Below are positions 1-9,653 of a DNA stretch of 64,000 bases, piece by piece (positions within the stretch are counted from its first letter, which is position 1; each line of letters starts with the position of its first letter). This stretch comes from Gammaproteobacteria bacterium. GTDB taxonomy: Bacteria; Pseudomonadota; Gammaproteobacteria; JAJDOJ01. Made by a program: the position numbers and the translations under genes. The notes under the pieces were generated by a model. It was not told the DNA's origin and did not search any database. It saw only the letters and a list, made by a program, of their open reading frames with translations. Location: positions 16,657 to 80,656 of the forward strand of contig JALSSO010000081.1 of assembly GCA_026984215.1 (NCBI GenBank), in the 5' to 3' direction.

Positions 1-306
1 TGTGGGAGACTCGGCCTGCGGCGGCTGCGGAACATCCCCGGCCGGGGGGGTCTCGTCCCGCTCCGCTCTGGTCTCCAACACCAGGATGGGCGAACCCTGC
101 GAAACCCGGTCACCGACCTTAACCAGGAGCTCCCGGACCGTGCCGGCCGCCGGCGACGGAATCTCCATGGAGGCCTTGTCCGACTCCAAGGTGATCAAGG
201 ACTGCTCGGGTTCGACCCCATCTCCGGGGGCCACCAGCACCTCGATGACCTCCACGTCCTTGAAATCGCCGATGTCCGGCACTTCCACCGTGATCGTCTC
301 GGCCAT
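1..306 (-). CDS. 5' part of a gene that begins at the ATG at 306 and runs off the window edge. Its N-terminus is a lipoyl domain ([66 protein letters not shown]...). Given the aceE-aceF order this is probably dihydrolipoyl dehydrogenase (E3) carrying an N-terminal lipoyl domain
   Basis: Manual translation of the reverse complement of 100-306 gives a canonical lipoyl domain with the ESDKA lipoyl-lysine motif. It sits 84 bp downstream of the aceF stop, where E3 normally follows E1-E2. Not in the ORF track because it is truncated by the window edge. Confidence 0.5.
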   Translation of the reverse strand, partial: MAETITVEVPDIGDFKDVEVIEVLVAPGDGVEPEQSLITLESDKASMEIPSPAAGTVRELLVKVGDRVSQGSPILVLETRAERDETPPAGDVPQPPQAESPT

Positions 307-390
307 GGGTTCAGGTCCTTGGTTGGTTGTTCACGAAGCAAGCCGCAGGTCACAGGTAGAACACGGCGCGTGCGTCCTCGTCCCGGTCGA

Positions 391-1686
391 CTAGAGCAAC
401 ATGCGGCGCGTGTCGGAGAGCAGTTTGTTGAGCGCACTGGTGAAACGCGCCCCGTCGGCCCCATCGATCACCCGGTGATCGTAGGACAAAGACAGCGGCA
501 AGATGAGCCGCGGGATGAATTCGCCGTCCTTGTACACGGGCTTCCATTGTGCGCGCGACACGCCCAGGATGGCCACTTCCGGCGCGTTGACGATGGGCGT
601 GAAGGCGGTGCCCCCGATCCCGCCCAGGCTGGAGATGCTGAAGGTACCCCCCTGCAGGTCCCTGGGCGAGAGCTTGCCCTCCCGCGCCCGAGTGCTCGTT
701 TCCACCAGCTCGCGGGCGATCTCCACCAGACTCTTGCGGTCGGCGTCGCGGATCACCGGCACCACCAGACCCTGCGGCGTGTCCACCGCCACGCCGATGT
801 GATAGTAGCGCTTGACGATGAGGTTCTCGCCCGCCGGGTCCAGCGAGGAATTGAACCGCGGGTACTGGCGCAGCGCCGAGACCACCGCCTTGATGAGAAA
901 GGACAGGATGGTGATCTTGACCCCCTGGCCCTGATACTCGGCGTTGAGCGCTTTGCGAAAGCTTTCCAGGTCGGTGATGTCGGCCTCGTCGAACTGGGTC
1001 ACGTGCGGAACGTGCACCCAGTTACGGTGCAGCACCTTGCCTGTGAGCCGGTTGATCCGGGTCAGCGGCTGGATCTCGATCTCGCCGAACTCGGAGAAGT
1101 CGATCTCCGGCATCGCCTCCACCGCCAGACCGCCGGCGCCGCCCCGCGCCAGGGCCTTCTTGACGAAGGCCCGCACGTCCTCCTTGCGGATCCGGCCCTT
1201 GGGCCCGGTGCCCTCCACCTGGGTGAGGTCCACACCCAGCTCGCGAGCGAAGCGACGCACGGCGGGGCTCGCGTGCGCCTTGCGGAAGGACTCCGCCGGG
1301 ATGTGGGCGGTGGGCGAGGGACGCGGCTGGGGCGGCGGCGGAGCCGGGGCCGGCGGTTCGGACTCGGACTGCGGGGGCGGCCGGTCCGGTGGCTCGGGTG
1401 CGGCCGCCTCGGCCGTCTGGGCCGCGGGGGCCTCGGACGTCTCCGCCTCCACCTCCGCCACGGCGATCAGATCCCCTTGCGAGACGCGGTCGCCCACCGC
1501 GACCTTGACCTCCCGGATCACTCCTGAGACCGGGGAAGGGATCTCCATGGAGGCCTTGTCCGATTCCAAGGTGATCAGCGAGTCCTCGGCCTGCACGCGA
1601 TCGCCGGGCTGTACCAGGACCTCGATGACCTCCACCTGATCGAAGTCCCCGATGTCGGGGACGCGGATCTCCTGCAGCTCGCTCAT
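391..1686 (-). CDS. aceF: Dihydrolipoamide acetyltransferase, the E2 component of pyruvate dehydrogenase (one lipoyl domain, Pro/Ala-rich linker, E3-binding domain, catalytic domain)
   Basis: ORF 391..1767(-). The true start is at MSELQEIRVPDIGDF (lipoyl domain with SDKASMEIP). The C-terminal catalytic domain carries the DHRVIDG motif. Lies immediately downstream of E1. Confidence 0.85.
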   Translation of the reverse strand: MSELQEIRVPDIGDFDQVEVIEVLVQPGDRVQAEDSLITLESDKASMEIPSPVSGVIREVKVAVGDRVSQGDLIAVAEVEAETSEAPAAQTAEAAAPEPPDRPPPQSESEPPAPAPPPPQPRPSPTAHIPAESFRKAHASPAVRRFARELGVDLTQVEGTGPKGRIRKEDVRAFVKKALARGGAGGLAVEAMPEIDFSEFGEIEIQPLTRINRLTGKVLHRNWVHVPHVTQFDEADITDLESFRKALNAEYQGQGVKITILSFLIKAVVSALRQYPRFNSSLDPAGENLIVKRYYHIGVAVDTPQGLVVPVIRDADRKSLVEIARELVETSTRAREGKLSPRDLQGGTFSISSLGGIGGTAFTPIVNAPEVAILGVSRAQWKPVYKDGEFIPRLILPLSLSYDHRVIDGADGARFTSALNKLLSDTRRMLL

Positions 1687-1696
1687 CTGGCGTCCC

Positions 1697-4372
1697 TCAG
1701 GCGTACAGCGGGTTGATCTTCTCGGCGTCGATGCCATAGCGGGCGATGGCCTCGGCCACCCGCTCACGCCCGATGGCCCCGTCGCGCGCCAGGGCGTGCA
1801 GGGCGGCCACGGCGACGTAATACCGGTTCACCTCGAAGTGGCGGCGCAGATTGGCGCGGGTATCCGAGCGGCCGAACCCGTCGGTGCCCAGCACCACATA
1901 GGTGCCCGGGATCCAGGCCCGCACCTGGTCGGCATAGTTCTTCATGTAATCGGTCGCCGCCACGAACGGCCCCCGCACCCCTTCCAGCACCGTCTCCAGG
2001 TACCCCTTGCGCGGCTCGGCTTCGGGATGCAGCAGGTTCCAGCGCTCCGCGTCCAGGGCGTCGCGCTTGAGCTCGTTGAAGCTGGTCACGCTCCAGATGT
2101 CGGCATCCACGTTCCAGTCCTCGCGCAGGAGATCCGCCGCGGCGATCACCTCGCGCAGGATGGCGCCACTGCCCATGAGTTGCACGCGCAGCTTGCGCCG
2201 CCCCCCTTTCCGGAAGCGGTAGATCCCCCGCAGGATGCCTTCCTCCACGCCCTTGGGCATGGGCGGCTGGGGGTAGTTCTCGTTCATGGCGGTGACGTAG
2301 TAGAAGACGTTTTCCTGGTCCACGTACATGCGTCGCATGCCGTCGTGGACGATCACCGCCAGCTCGTAGGCGAAGCCGGGGTCGTAACTCACACAGTTGG
2401 GCACGGAGGCGGCGGTGATCAGGTTGTGCCCATCCTGGTGCTGCAGCCCCTCGCCGGCCAGGGTGGTGCGCCCGGCGGTACCGCCGATGAGAAAGCCACG
2501 GGCCTGCATGTCACCGGCGGCCCAGATCAGGTCCCCCACCCGCTGGAAGCCGAACATGGAATAGAAGATGTAGAAGGGGATCATGTTGACCCCGTGGGTG
2601 CTGTAGGCGGTCGCCGCCGCGATCCAGGACGACATGGCGCCGGCCTCGGTGATGCCCTCTTCCAGGATCTGACCCCGCTTGTCCTCGCGATAGTACATGA
2701 CCTGGTCGCGGTCCTGAGGCTCGTAGAGCTGGCCCACCGAGGAATAGATACCCAGTTGGCGGAACAGCCCCTCCATGCCGAAGGTGCGCGCCTCGTCGGG
2801 CACGATGGGCACCACGTGCCGCCCGATGTTCTTGTCGCGGGTGAGCAGGGTGAGCAGGCGCACGAAGGCCATGGTGGTGGACATCTCGCGCTCCCCGCTG
2901 CCCTCGAGCAAGGGCCGGAACGTCTCCAGGGGTGGGATCTCCAGCGGGGTGCCGAGCACCTGACGCACCGGCAAGAAGCCCCCCAGCTTCTCGCGCCGGG
3001 ACTTGAGGTAGCGGATCTCCTCGCTGTCTTCGGGCGGGCGGTAGTATTTGGCCTCGGCCACCTCCTCGTCGCTGAGCGGCAGGTTGTAGCGATCCCGGAA
3101 GCGCTTCATGTCTTCCAGATCCATCTTCTTCTGGCTGTGCGTGCCCATGCGCGCCTCCCCGCTGGCGCCCATGCCGTAGCCCTTGACCGTCTTGGCCAGG
3201 ATCACCGTCGGCTGGCCCTGGTGTTTGAGGGCCGCCGCATAGGCGGCATACACCTTGTGTGGGTCGTGGCCGCCGCGGTTGAGCCGCCAGATGTCCTCGT
3301 CGGACATGGTGGCCACCATGTCCAGCAGCTCCGGGTATTTACCGAAGAAGTGCTTGCGCACGTAGGCGCCGTCCTTGGCCTTGTAGTTCTGGTAGTCGCC
3401 GTCGACCGCCTCCTCCATGCGCCGGCGCAGCAGGCCCTTGGTGTCACGGGCCAGCAGCGGATCCCAGTACCCGCCCCAGATGACCTTGATCACGTTCCAG
3501 CCGGCGCCACGGAAGATGGCCTCCAGCTCCTGGATGATCTTGCCGTTGCCGCGCACGGGCCCGTCCAGGCGCTGCAGATTGCAGTTGATCACCCAGGTGA
3601 GGTTGTCCAGGCGCTCGCGGGCAGCCAGCGAGATGGAGCCCAGGGTCTCCGGCTCGTCCACCTCGCCGTCGCCGATGATGGCCCACACGTGGCGGTCGCG
3701 TGTGTTGGCCAGGCCGCGGTCGTGCATGTAGCGCAGGAAACGGGCCTGGTAGATGCTCATGATGGGCCCGAGCCCCATGGACACCGTGGGAAACTGCCAG
3801 AAATGGGGCATGAGCCACGGGTGCGGGTAGGAGGACAACCCCTTGCCGTCCACCTCCTGGCGGAAATGATCGAGCTGCTCCTCGCTCAGGCGCCCCTCCA
3901 GAAAGGCGCGGGCATAGATGCCCGGCGAGGAGTGGCCCTGGAAATAGACCAGATCCCCCCCGTGCTCGTGGGACGGCGCCCGCCAGAAGTGGTTGAAACC
4001 CACGTCGTAGAGGGTGGCCGAAGAGGCGAAGGTGGCGATGTGCCCGCCGAGCTCCGAAGACTCGCGATTGGCCCGCACCACCATGGCCATGGCGTTCCAG
4101 CGGATGTAGGACCGGATGCGCCGCTCCATGGCGGGATCGGCATCGGGCGGCATCTTCTCCTGCAGGTGCGGGGGGATGGTGTTCACGTAGGCCGTGGTGG
4201 CCTTGTAGGGGAGATTGACGCCGGAGCGGCGCGCCTGGTCGATGAGCTGCTCGAGCAGATAGTGGGCCCGTCGCCCCCCTTCCTGCTCGATGACGGCCTC
4301 CAGGGCCTCGATCCATTCCCGGGTCTCCTCGGGATCGGGGTCGTGTTGCAGCAGGTCCGCTTCAGTATTCAT
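1697..4372 (-). CDS. aceE: Pyruvate dehydrogenase E1 component (homodimeric type, about 890 aa)
   Basis: ORF 1697..4882(-). The internal start MNTEADLLQHDPDPEETREWIEALEAV matches the AceE N-terminus; ATG verified at 4372-4370. Full-length similarity to E. coli-type E1. Confidence 0.9.
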   Translation of the reverse strand: MNTEADLLQHDPDPEETREWIEALEAVIEQEGGRRAHYLLEQLIDQARRSGVNLPYKATTAYVNTIPPHLQEKMPPDADPAMERRIRSYIRWNAMAMVVRANRESSELGGHIATFASSATLYDVGFNHFWRAPSHEHGGDLVYFQGHSSPGIYARAFLEGRLSEEQLDHFRQEVDGKGLSSYPHPWLMPHFWQFPTVSMGLGPIMSIYQARFLRYMHDRGLANTRDRHVWAIIGDGEVDEPETLGSISLAARERLDNLTWVINCNLQRLDGPVRGNGKIIQELEAIFRGAGWNVIKVIWGGYWDPLLARDTKGLLRRRMEEAVDGDYQNYKAKDGAYVRKHFFGKYPELLDMVATMSDEDIWRLNRGGHDPHKVYAAYAAALKHQGQPTVILAKTVKGYGMGASGEARMGTHSQKKMDLEDMKRFRDRYNLPLSDEEVAEAKYYRPPEDSEEIRYLKSRREKLGGFLPVRQVLGTPLEIPPLETFRPLLEGSGEREMSTTMAFVRLLTLLTRDKNIGRHVVPIVPDEARTFGMEGLFRQLGIYSSVGQLYEPQDRDQVMYYREDKRGQILEEGITEAGAMSSWIAAATAYSTHGVNMIPFYIFYSMFGFQRVGDLIWAAGDMQARGFLIGGTAGRTTLAGEGLQHQDGHNLITAASVPNCVSYDPGFAYELAVIVHDGMRRMYVDQENVFYYVTAMNENYPQPPMPKGVEEGILRGIYRFRKGGRRKLRVQLMGSGAILREVIAAADLLREDWNVDADIWSVTSFNELKRDALDAERWNLLHPEAEPRKGYLETVLEGVRGPFVAATDYMKNYADQVRAWIPGTYVVLGTDGFGRSDTRANLRRHFEVNRYYVAVAALHALARDGAIGRERVAEAIARYGIDAEKINPLYA

Positions 4373-4619
4373 AGCCACCTCGAAACCGTCCTCCCGCACC
4401 GGGTGGAGGCGGGTTCGTCGCGAAATCGCTCTAGCGCACCGCGCCCGCCGCTCCGGGCGCCGGCGCGATTCCAGGCCCGCACGCCGGTGCGCGGGGCGGC
4501 CGCAGCGCCCCCATGGGCCCCAGAAGAAAGCGACGAAGAATACCATCCCTTCTACCGCCGTGCAGACGCGCAAGGACCGGCGGATCGATTTCCCACGGCC
4601 ATTCCGGTAAGCTGCCGGC

Positions 4620-5285
4620 ATGAGCGAGCACCGCGTCGAACACCCCATCGGGAAACGGTTCCGGGGCTTCCTGCCGGTGGTGGTGGACGTGGAGACCGGC
4701 GGCTTCGACCCGAAGCGGGACGCGCTCCTGGAGATCGCCGCGGTACTGCTCCAGATGAATGAAAAGGGCTTTCTGGAGCCGGCCGAGACCATCGCCACCC
4801 AGGTGGTGCCCTTCGAGGGGGCGAATCTCGACGAGGCCTCCCTCAACGTCAACAAGATCGACCCGTTCCACCCCCTGCGCATCGCCGTGCCCGAACAGCA
4901 GGCCCTGGGTCACGTCTTCTCCAAGGTGCGCAAGGCGGTCAAGGCCAATCAGTGCACACGGGCCATCCTGGTGGGACACAACGCTGCCTTCGATCTGGCC
5001 TTCCTGAACGCGGCCGTGGAACGCACCGGCATCAAGCGTAACCCCTTTCACCCCTTCAGTGCGCTGGACACGGTCACCCTGGGTGCGGTCTGCTACGGGC
5101 AGACCGTGTTGTCACGCATCCTCGAGGCCGCCGGCATTCCTTTCGACAGCAGGGAGGCGCACTCGGCCGTGTACGACGCCCAGAAGACCGCGGAGCTGTT
5201 CTGCACCGTCGTCAACCGCTGGCATACGCTGTGCGACGCACCCGCCTGGCCGGAAGCCGGGGAGCAGGCCCAAGGTGCGGGCTGA
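4620..5285 (+). CDS. rnt: Ribonuclease T (DEDDh 3'-5' exoribonuclease)
   Basis: 221 aa. [12 protein letters not shown]...[14 protein letters not shown]...[14 protein letters not shown] exonuclease motifs typical of RNase T. Confidence 0.85.
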   Translation: MSEHRVEHPIGKRFRGFLPVVVDVETGGFDPKRDALLEIAAVLLQMNEKGFLEPAETIATQVVPFEGANLDEASLNVNKIDPFHPLRIAVPEQQALGHVFSKVRKAVKANQCTRAILVGHNAAFDLAFLNAAVERTGIKRNPFHPFSALDTVTLGAVCYGQTVLSRILEAAGIPFDSREAHSAVYDAQKTAELFCTVVNRWHTLCDAPAWPEAGEQAQGAG

Positions 5286-5350
5286 GTCACAGCCTGGCCC
5301 CCCCCATGCTCTACAATCCGGGAATATGTCACTGACATGGGGAAGGGCCG

Positions 5351-6307
5351 GTGGTCCTGGTGGATGATCTTTCCGTCCTGGTGGTGGACGACATGCAGTT
5401 CAGCCGCACGGTGGTGGCTACGGCCCTTCAGGGCGCCGGTTGCAGCGACGTGAGGCTGGCGGAGAACGCCGCCGAGGCGCTGGAAATGCTCGGCGAGCGC
5501 ACCGCGGACGTGGTGCTGGTCGACTGGGTGATGCCCGGCATGGATGGAATGGAGCTGCTGGAGGCGATCCGCCAGATGGACGATCGGACCCAGCGCTATA
5601 CCGCCGTGATCATGTTCACCGGCAAGGAGGGCGACGAGGCCATGATGGAGGCCTTCGCCCACGGCGTGGACGACTATCTGCGCAAGCCGTTCAACGACAC
5701 CGAGCTGGTCGCTCGCGTCTACGCCGCCGGGCGCATGGCCGCACTTCAGAACACCCTGCTCGAAACCGCCAATGCCATGGAGGCGGAAAACGAGCAGTTA
5801 CGCCGGATCAACGCCATCGACCCCATCACCCAGATGGGCAACCGCCGCTACGCGGTCGAGCGACTGGAGGTCCTCCTGCGCCAGGTCTCCACCCGCAACG
5901 GCGCCCTGAGCTTTTCCCTGGTGGACGTCGACGGGCTCAGGCAGATCAACGAGCGTTACGGTTACGAGGCCGGTGACGAAGTGCTCCGCGCCGTGGGCCG
6001 GCGGCTGCGCCGCTCGGTACGTCCGCTGGACGACGTGGCCCGCTGGGGCGGTGGATGTTTCGCTGTGTTGATGTACTACACCAGCGCACAACGCTCGCCC
6101 TCGGCGGCGGTGGCGCGCCTGCTCAACGTCGTCAACCGTCGCGGCATCGAGACCTCCAAGACCCGTTTGCCGGTAACCGTCTCCATCGGCTCGGTGAGCC
6201 TGGTCCACGGTGAGGCCCCGATCAGTGCCACGGTCCTCCTGGGCAAGGCCGAGGAGAACCTGATGCTGGCCAAGTCCCAGGGCCGCAACCGCATGATCCT
6301 CAACTGA
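5351..6307 (+). CDS. Response regulator: receiver domain plus a degenerate GGDEF domain (A-site GGGCF instead of GG[D/E]EF, RxxD I-site retained)
   Basis: The N-terminal REC domain carries the phospho-acceptor Asp in its expected context (VVLVDWVMPGMDGMELL). The GGDEF-family domain (INERYGYEAGDEVL ... VRPLDDVARWGGGCFAVLM) aligns to PleD CRYGGEEFVVIM. Confidence 0.75.
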   Translation: MVLVDDLSVLVVDDMQFSRTVVATALQGAGCSDVRLAENAAEALEMLGERTADVVLVDWVMPGMDGMELLEAIRQMDDRTQRYTAVIMFTGKEGDEAMMEAFAHGVDDYLRKPFNDTELVARVYAAGRMAALQNTLLETANAMEAENEQLRRINAIDPITQMGNRRYAVERLEVLLRQVSTRNGALSFSLVDVDGLRQINERYGYEAGDEVLRAVGRRLRRSVRPLDDVARWGGGCFAVLMYYTSAQRSPSAAVARLLNVVNRRGIETSKTRLPVTVSIGSVSLVHGEAPISATVLLGKAEENLMLAKSQGRNRMILN

Positions 6308-6319
6308 CCTTGCGGGATT

Positions 6320-6463
6320 TAGCAGGCCGTTGAAAAACGGCTGCGAAACCCGCCTGCGGCGTTGCGCGCTGCTCGCTCCCTCGCCTATCTCCTTGATATG
6401 TCTCGGTCGCTGCGCTGCGCGCGCCTTGCATCCGGGCTTCTCGCGACGTTTTTCAACACCCTG
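6320..6463 (+). repeat. MITE/REP-like mini inverted-repeat element, copy A. About 144 bp, with terminal inverted repeats GTTGAAAAACG...CGTTTTTCAAC. It abuts the dnaQ stop codon
   Basis: 143 of 144 nt identical to the reverse complement of 14213-14356. The 11-bp perfect terminal inverted repeats and internal dyad symmetry were seen directly in the sequence. Confidence 0.7.
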
Positions 6464-7204
6464 TTAGGTCGCCGGCCCGGACTCCAGCCTGCGCCACACA
6501 CACGCACCGCCGCTGGCCGTATCGATCTCGTCGAGTCGCGCCGCATGCGCCCGACGTTCGTCGTCGTCCGCCCGCACCACCCGCAGGCGCGGGCGGTCAG
6601 GCGGCAGCGGCCGGATCTGCTCCGAACCCGCCCCCAGCGGGTCACCCGCCAGGCTGAGCGCCACCTGTCCGCCGGTCATGGCGAGATAGACTTCGGCCAG
6701 GATGCGGGCGTCGAGTAGCGCGCCGTGCAGGTCCCGTTGGGAGTTGTCGACCCCGTAGCGCTTGCACAGGGCGTCCAGCGAGTTGCGCTGGCCCGGGTGC
6801 CGGCGCCGAGCCAGCGCCAGGGTGTCCACGATGGGACACAAGCGGTCGATGGGGGGGAGATCCCGTTCGAGTCGCGACAGCTCGGCGTTGATGAATCCCA
6901 CGTCGAAGGGGGCGTTGTGAATGATCAGCTCGGCCCCGTCCACGTAGTCCAGGAACTCGTCGACGATGTCGGCGAAACGCGGCTTGTCGGCCAGGAACGC
7001 ATTGCTGATCCCATGCACCGCCTCGGCGCCTTCTTCGATCTCCCGGTCGGGCCGCAAATAGTGGTGGAAATCACGACCGGTGACCCGCCGGTCCAACAGT
7101 TCCACACAGCCGATCTCGATGATTTGATGGCCTTGCTCCACTTCCAGGCCCGTGGTCTCGGTGTCCAGCACGATCTGTCTACGCATGCCTGCGTGCTCCT
7201 CCAC
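6464..7204 (-). CDS. dnaQ: DNA polymerase III epsilon subunit (3'-5' proofreading exonuclease)
   Basis: [10 protein letters not shown]...[12 protein letters not shown]...[14 protein letters not shown] exonuclease I-III motifs. Synteny with rnhA. The start may be the downstream Met at 7186. Confidence 0.85.
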   Translation of the reverse strand: MEEHAGMRRQIVLDTETTGLEVEQGHQIIEIGCVELLDRRVTGRDFHHYLRPDREIEEGAEAVHGISNAFLADKPRFADIVDEFLDYVDGAELIIHNAPFDVGFINAELSRLERDLPPIDRLCPIVDTLALARRRHPGQRNSLDALCKRYGVDNSQRDLHGALLDARILAEVYLAMTGGQVALSLAGDPLGAGSEQIRPLPPDRPRLRVVRADDDERRAHAARLDEIDTASGGACVWRRLESGPAT

Positions 7205-7652
7205 GGCGCTGCATCTGCTCGATGGCCTCGTTGGCCAGGCGGTCGGCCAGCTCGTTCTCCGGGTGACCGGTGTGCCCCCGCACCCAGTGCCAGTGTACGT
7301 CGTGGCGGCGTACGGCCTCGTCCAGCCGCTCCCAGAGGTCCCGGTTCTTCACAGCCCCGCCGGAGGCCGTACGCCAGCCCCGCCGGCGCCAGCCTTCCAG
7401 CCAGTTCGTGATCCCGTTGCGCAGGTACTGGGAGTCGGTGGTCAACTCCACACGGCAGGGTCGCTTCAAGGCCTCCAGGGCTCGAATCGCGGCCATCAGT
7501 TCCATACGGTTGTTGGTGGTATGCGGCTCGGCGCCCTTGAGGTGTCGCTCGTGCCCGCCATAGCGCAACACGGCACCCCATCCACCCGGCCCCGGATTGC
7601 CCTTGCAGGCTCCGTCGGTCCAGATCTCGACCACCGGACGGGCGCCGCTCAC
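7179..7652 (-). CDS. rnhA: Ribonuclease HI
   Basis: 157 aa. [19 protein letters not shown]...TNNRMEL...[19 protein letters not shown] matches RNase H1. Confidence 0.9.
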   Translation of the reverse strand: MSGARPVVEIWTDGACKGNPGPGGWGAVLRYGGHERHLKGAEPHTTNNRMELMAAIRALEALKRPCRVELTTDSQYLRNGITNWLEGWRRRGWRTASGGAVKNRDLWERLDEAVRRHDVHWHWVRGHTGHPENELADRLANEAIEQMQRRGGARRHA

Positions 7653-8578
7653 CGTGGTCTCGGGACGGATCGGCCCGCAGCACCGGGCGCCGGGGCCACG
7701 CGCGCCGCCTTGGGCTCACTCAACGTGGGTTCGGCCGCCTTGCCGGGCAACAGGGCCGCGCGCGCGCGCCACGCGGGGCGCAGCGGTGTGAGCGTGGCCA
7801 CCCGCTTGATGGCATGGTGGACGTGGATCGGCCCGCCGCCCAGGCGGGTGAACGGGCGCTCCGGGTGACGAACTCCATGCCCACGTGCGGCCACCACGTG
7901 GACCGCCTTCAATTCGAAGCCGAGCAAGGCGATCCAGTCACGCACCCGACTTCCCGAATAGAAGCTGCCGCACCAGGGCGGCCGCCGGCGCTGCAGCAGC
8001 CCCCACAGTCCAAACCGGCTCCAGGGATTGAACCCGATGATGACCAGATGGCCCTCCGGAATCAGAATCCGATCCACCTCCCGCAATACCGCATGGGGAT
8101 CGCGCGAATATTCGAGTGCGTGGTGCAGAACCACCAGATCCACGCTGTCGGTTTGCACGGGCAGCGTATCGGCGCGCGCCAGTGCATCGCAATCACCGCG
8201 TATGCCGCCCAGGATGAAACGGCGTTTGATGGGGCTGGCGCGCAACAGCTTGCGGCTCGCGGCGCCGACGGTCACCACCACGCCGTAGTAACCGAACACA
8301 TCCTCGAGCAAGGGATCGAGCACCCCCTGAAGCTGGCCGCCCACGGCCCGACCCGCCGGGGTCCGATACCAGGCGGACAGACCCGTGGCCACTTCCTGCG
8401 CCGATGCCCCTGCACAGGGCACGCTCTGCTTCACCTGCCAGTCCCCGCGACACTGTGTATCCGCTACGCGCGGCGCCACACCGCCCGCGTCCGGGTCATT
8501 ATCCAGCCTGTGCCCAACGGATACCAGAATGCCGATAAATCGTGGAAACGGGCCCATCCGTCCGACCGGCTCTGGCAC
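7649..8578 (-). CDS. YafS-like class I SAM-dependent methyltransferase
   Basis: [39 protein letters not shown] closely parallels E. coli YafS (CLLAHTLPWCTDPHRLLREADRVLIDDGWLVISGFNPIS). The yafS-rnhA-dnaQ neighbourhood is conserved. The stop overlaps the rnhA start (ATGA). Exact start uncertain. Confidence 0.7.
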   Translation of the reverse strand: MPEPVGRMGPFPRFIGILVSVGHRLDNDPDAGGVAPRVADTQCRGDWQVKQSVPCAGASAQEVATGLSAWYRTPAGRAVGGQLQGVLDPLLEDVFGYYGVVVTVGAASRKLLRASPIKRRFILGGIRGDCDALARADTLPVQTDSVDLVVLHHALEYSRDPHAVLREVDRILIPEGHLVIIGFNPWSRFGLWGLLQRRRPPWCGSFYSGSRVRDWIALLGFELKAVHVVAARGHGVRHPERPFTRLGGGPIHVHHAIKRVATLTPLRPAWRARAALLPGKAAEPTLSEPKAARVAPAPGAAGRSVPRPR

Positions 8579-8792
8579 CCCCGCCCGCAGGATTACACTC
8601 TGTGCCCCGTGGGGCGGCGCCGAGCCCCCTGCGCCGCCGTGACCACCGGTGCCGGAACGTACCGGTCGGACTCCGCCGACCGGCTCATGAACGCAAAACG
8701 GCCATGCAGGTTCAGTCCAAACGGGATTGTGTTGGAACCGTGAGGAGTGGGTAGGCTATGCTCCTGGCGGACCGCGTAGAGGGATTTGCACG

Positions 8793-9620
8793 ATGAGCGC
8801 AGCGGGCGCATTGACGGTCGCCGGCCGGACACATGCGGGGCAGGTACGGACACAGAACGAGGACTACATCGGTTACGACACCCGTATCGGCGCGGTGGTG
8901 CTGGCCGACGGCATGGGCGGGTACCGCGGGGGCGAGATCGCCAGTGCCATTGCGGTCAACACCATTCTGGACCACCTGCGACGAACGCTGCCCGGCGTGC
9001 GTCCCGGCGAGATCGATCCCGACACCGGCGTGACCCGACAGGCACTGGCGGCCCGCGAGGCCATCATCCGCGCCAACGAGACCATCTACAAGACATCCCG
9101 GAGCCAGGCCCAGTACCAGGGCATGGGCACCACCGTGGTGTTGGCCGTCTTTCACGGCAATCGCATCACCATCGGACACGTGGGCGATTCCCGAATCTAC
9201 CGGCTGCGCGACAACGAGCTCGACCAGGTGACCATCGATCACACCTTGCTCCAGGAGCTGGTGGACCGGGGTTTCTACAGTCCGGGCGAGGCGAAGGCTT
9301 CGCTGAACAAAAACCTGGTCACGCGGGCGCTGGGCATCGAACCCACGGTGGCCGTGGACATCATCGAAGACGTGGTCTTTCCCGACGACATCTTCCTGCT
9401 CTGCTCGGACGGCCTCAACGACATGGTCGACGACGAGGACATCCGCCTCGTGCTCCGCTCCTACGAGGAAGACCTGGACAAGGCCGCCGACGAGCTCATC
9501 AACCTGGCCAACGAGGCCGGGGGGCGGGACAACATCTCCGCCATCCTGGTGAAGGCGACGGGCGTACCCGCACAACCCAGCCGTTCCTGGGTGCGCCGTC
9601 TGGCCGACTGGTTCAACTGA
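8793..9620 (+). CDS. PP2C-family Ser/Thr protein phosphatase (Stp-like)
   Basis: RTHAGQVRTQNEDY...VLADGMGG...GTTVVLAVF...GDSRIYR...LCSDGLNDMV...GGRDNISAILV are the PP2C motifs I-XI. ATG at 8793. Confidence 0.85.
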   Translation: MSAAGALTVAGRTHAGQVRTQNEDYIGYDTRIGAVVLADGMGGYRGGEIASAIAVNTILDHLRRTLPGVRPGEIDPDTGVTRQALAAREAIIRANETIYKTSRSQAQYQGMGTTVVLAVFHGNRITIGHVGDSRIYRLRDNELDQVTIDHTLLQELVDRGFYSPGEAKASLNKNLVTRALGIEPTVAVDIIEDVVFPDDIFLLCSDGLNDMVDDEDIRLVLRSYEEDLDKAADELINLANEAGGRDNISAILVKATGVPAQPSRSWVRRLADWFN

Positions 9621-9653
9621 AGGAAATCAGAACACGACACACGATACAAGGTC

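Noticed and set aside
1652-4762. A 1036-aa ORF on the plus strand antisense to aceE. Similar very long antisense ORFs occur at 319..1527(+), 17088..18365(+), 17945..20311(+), 35806..37896(+), 41775..43700(+) and 56410..57822 upstream of comF.
   Set aside because: At about 67% GC, stop codons are rare in non-coding frames. These translations are Arg/Gly/Pro/His-rich with no domain signal, and they overlap genes with clear homology on the other strand.
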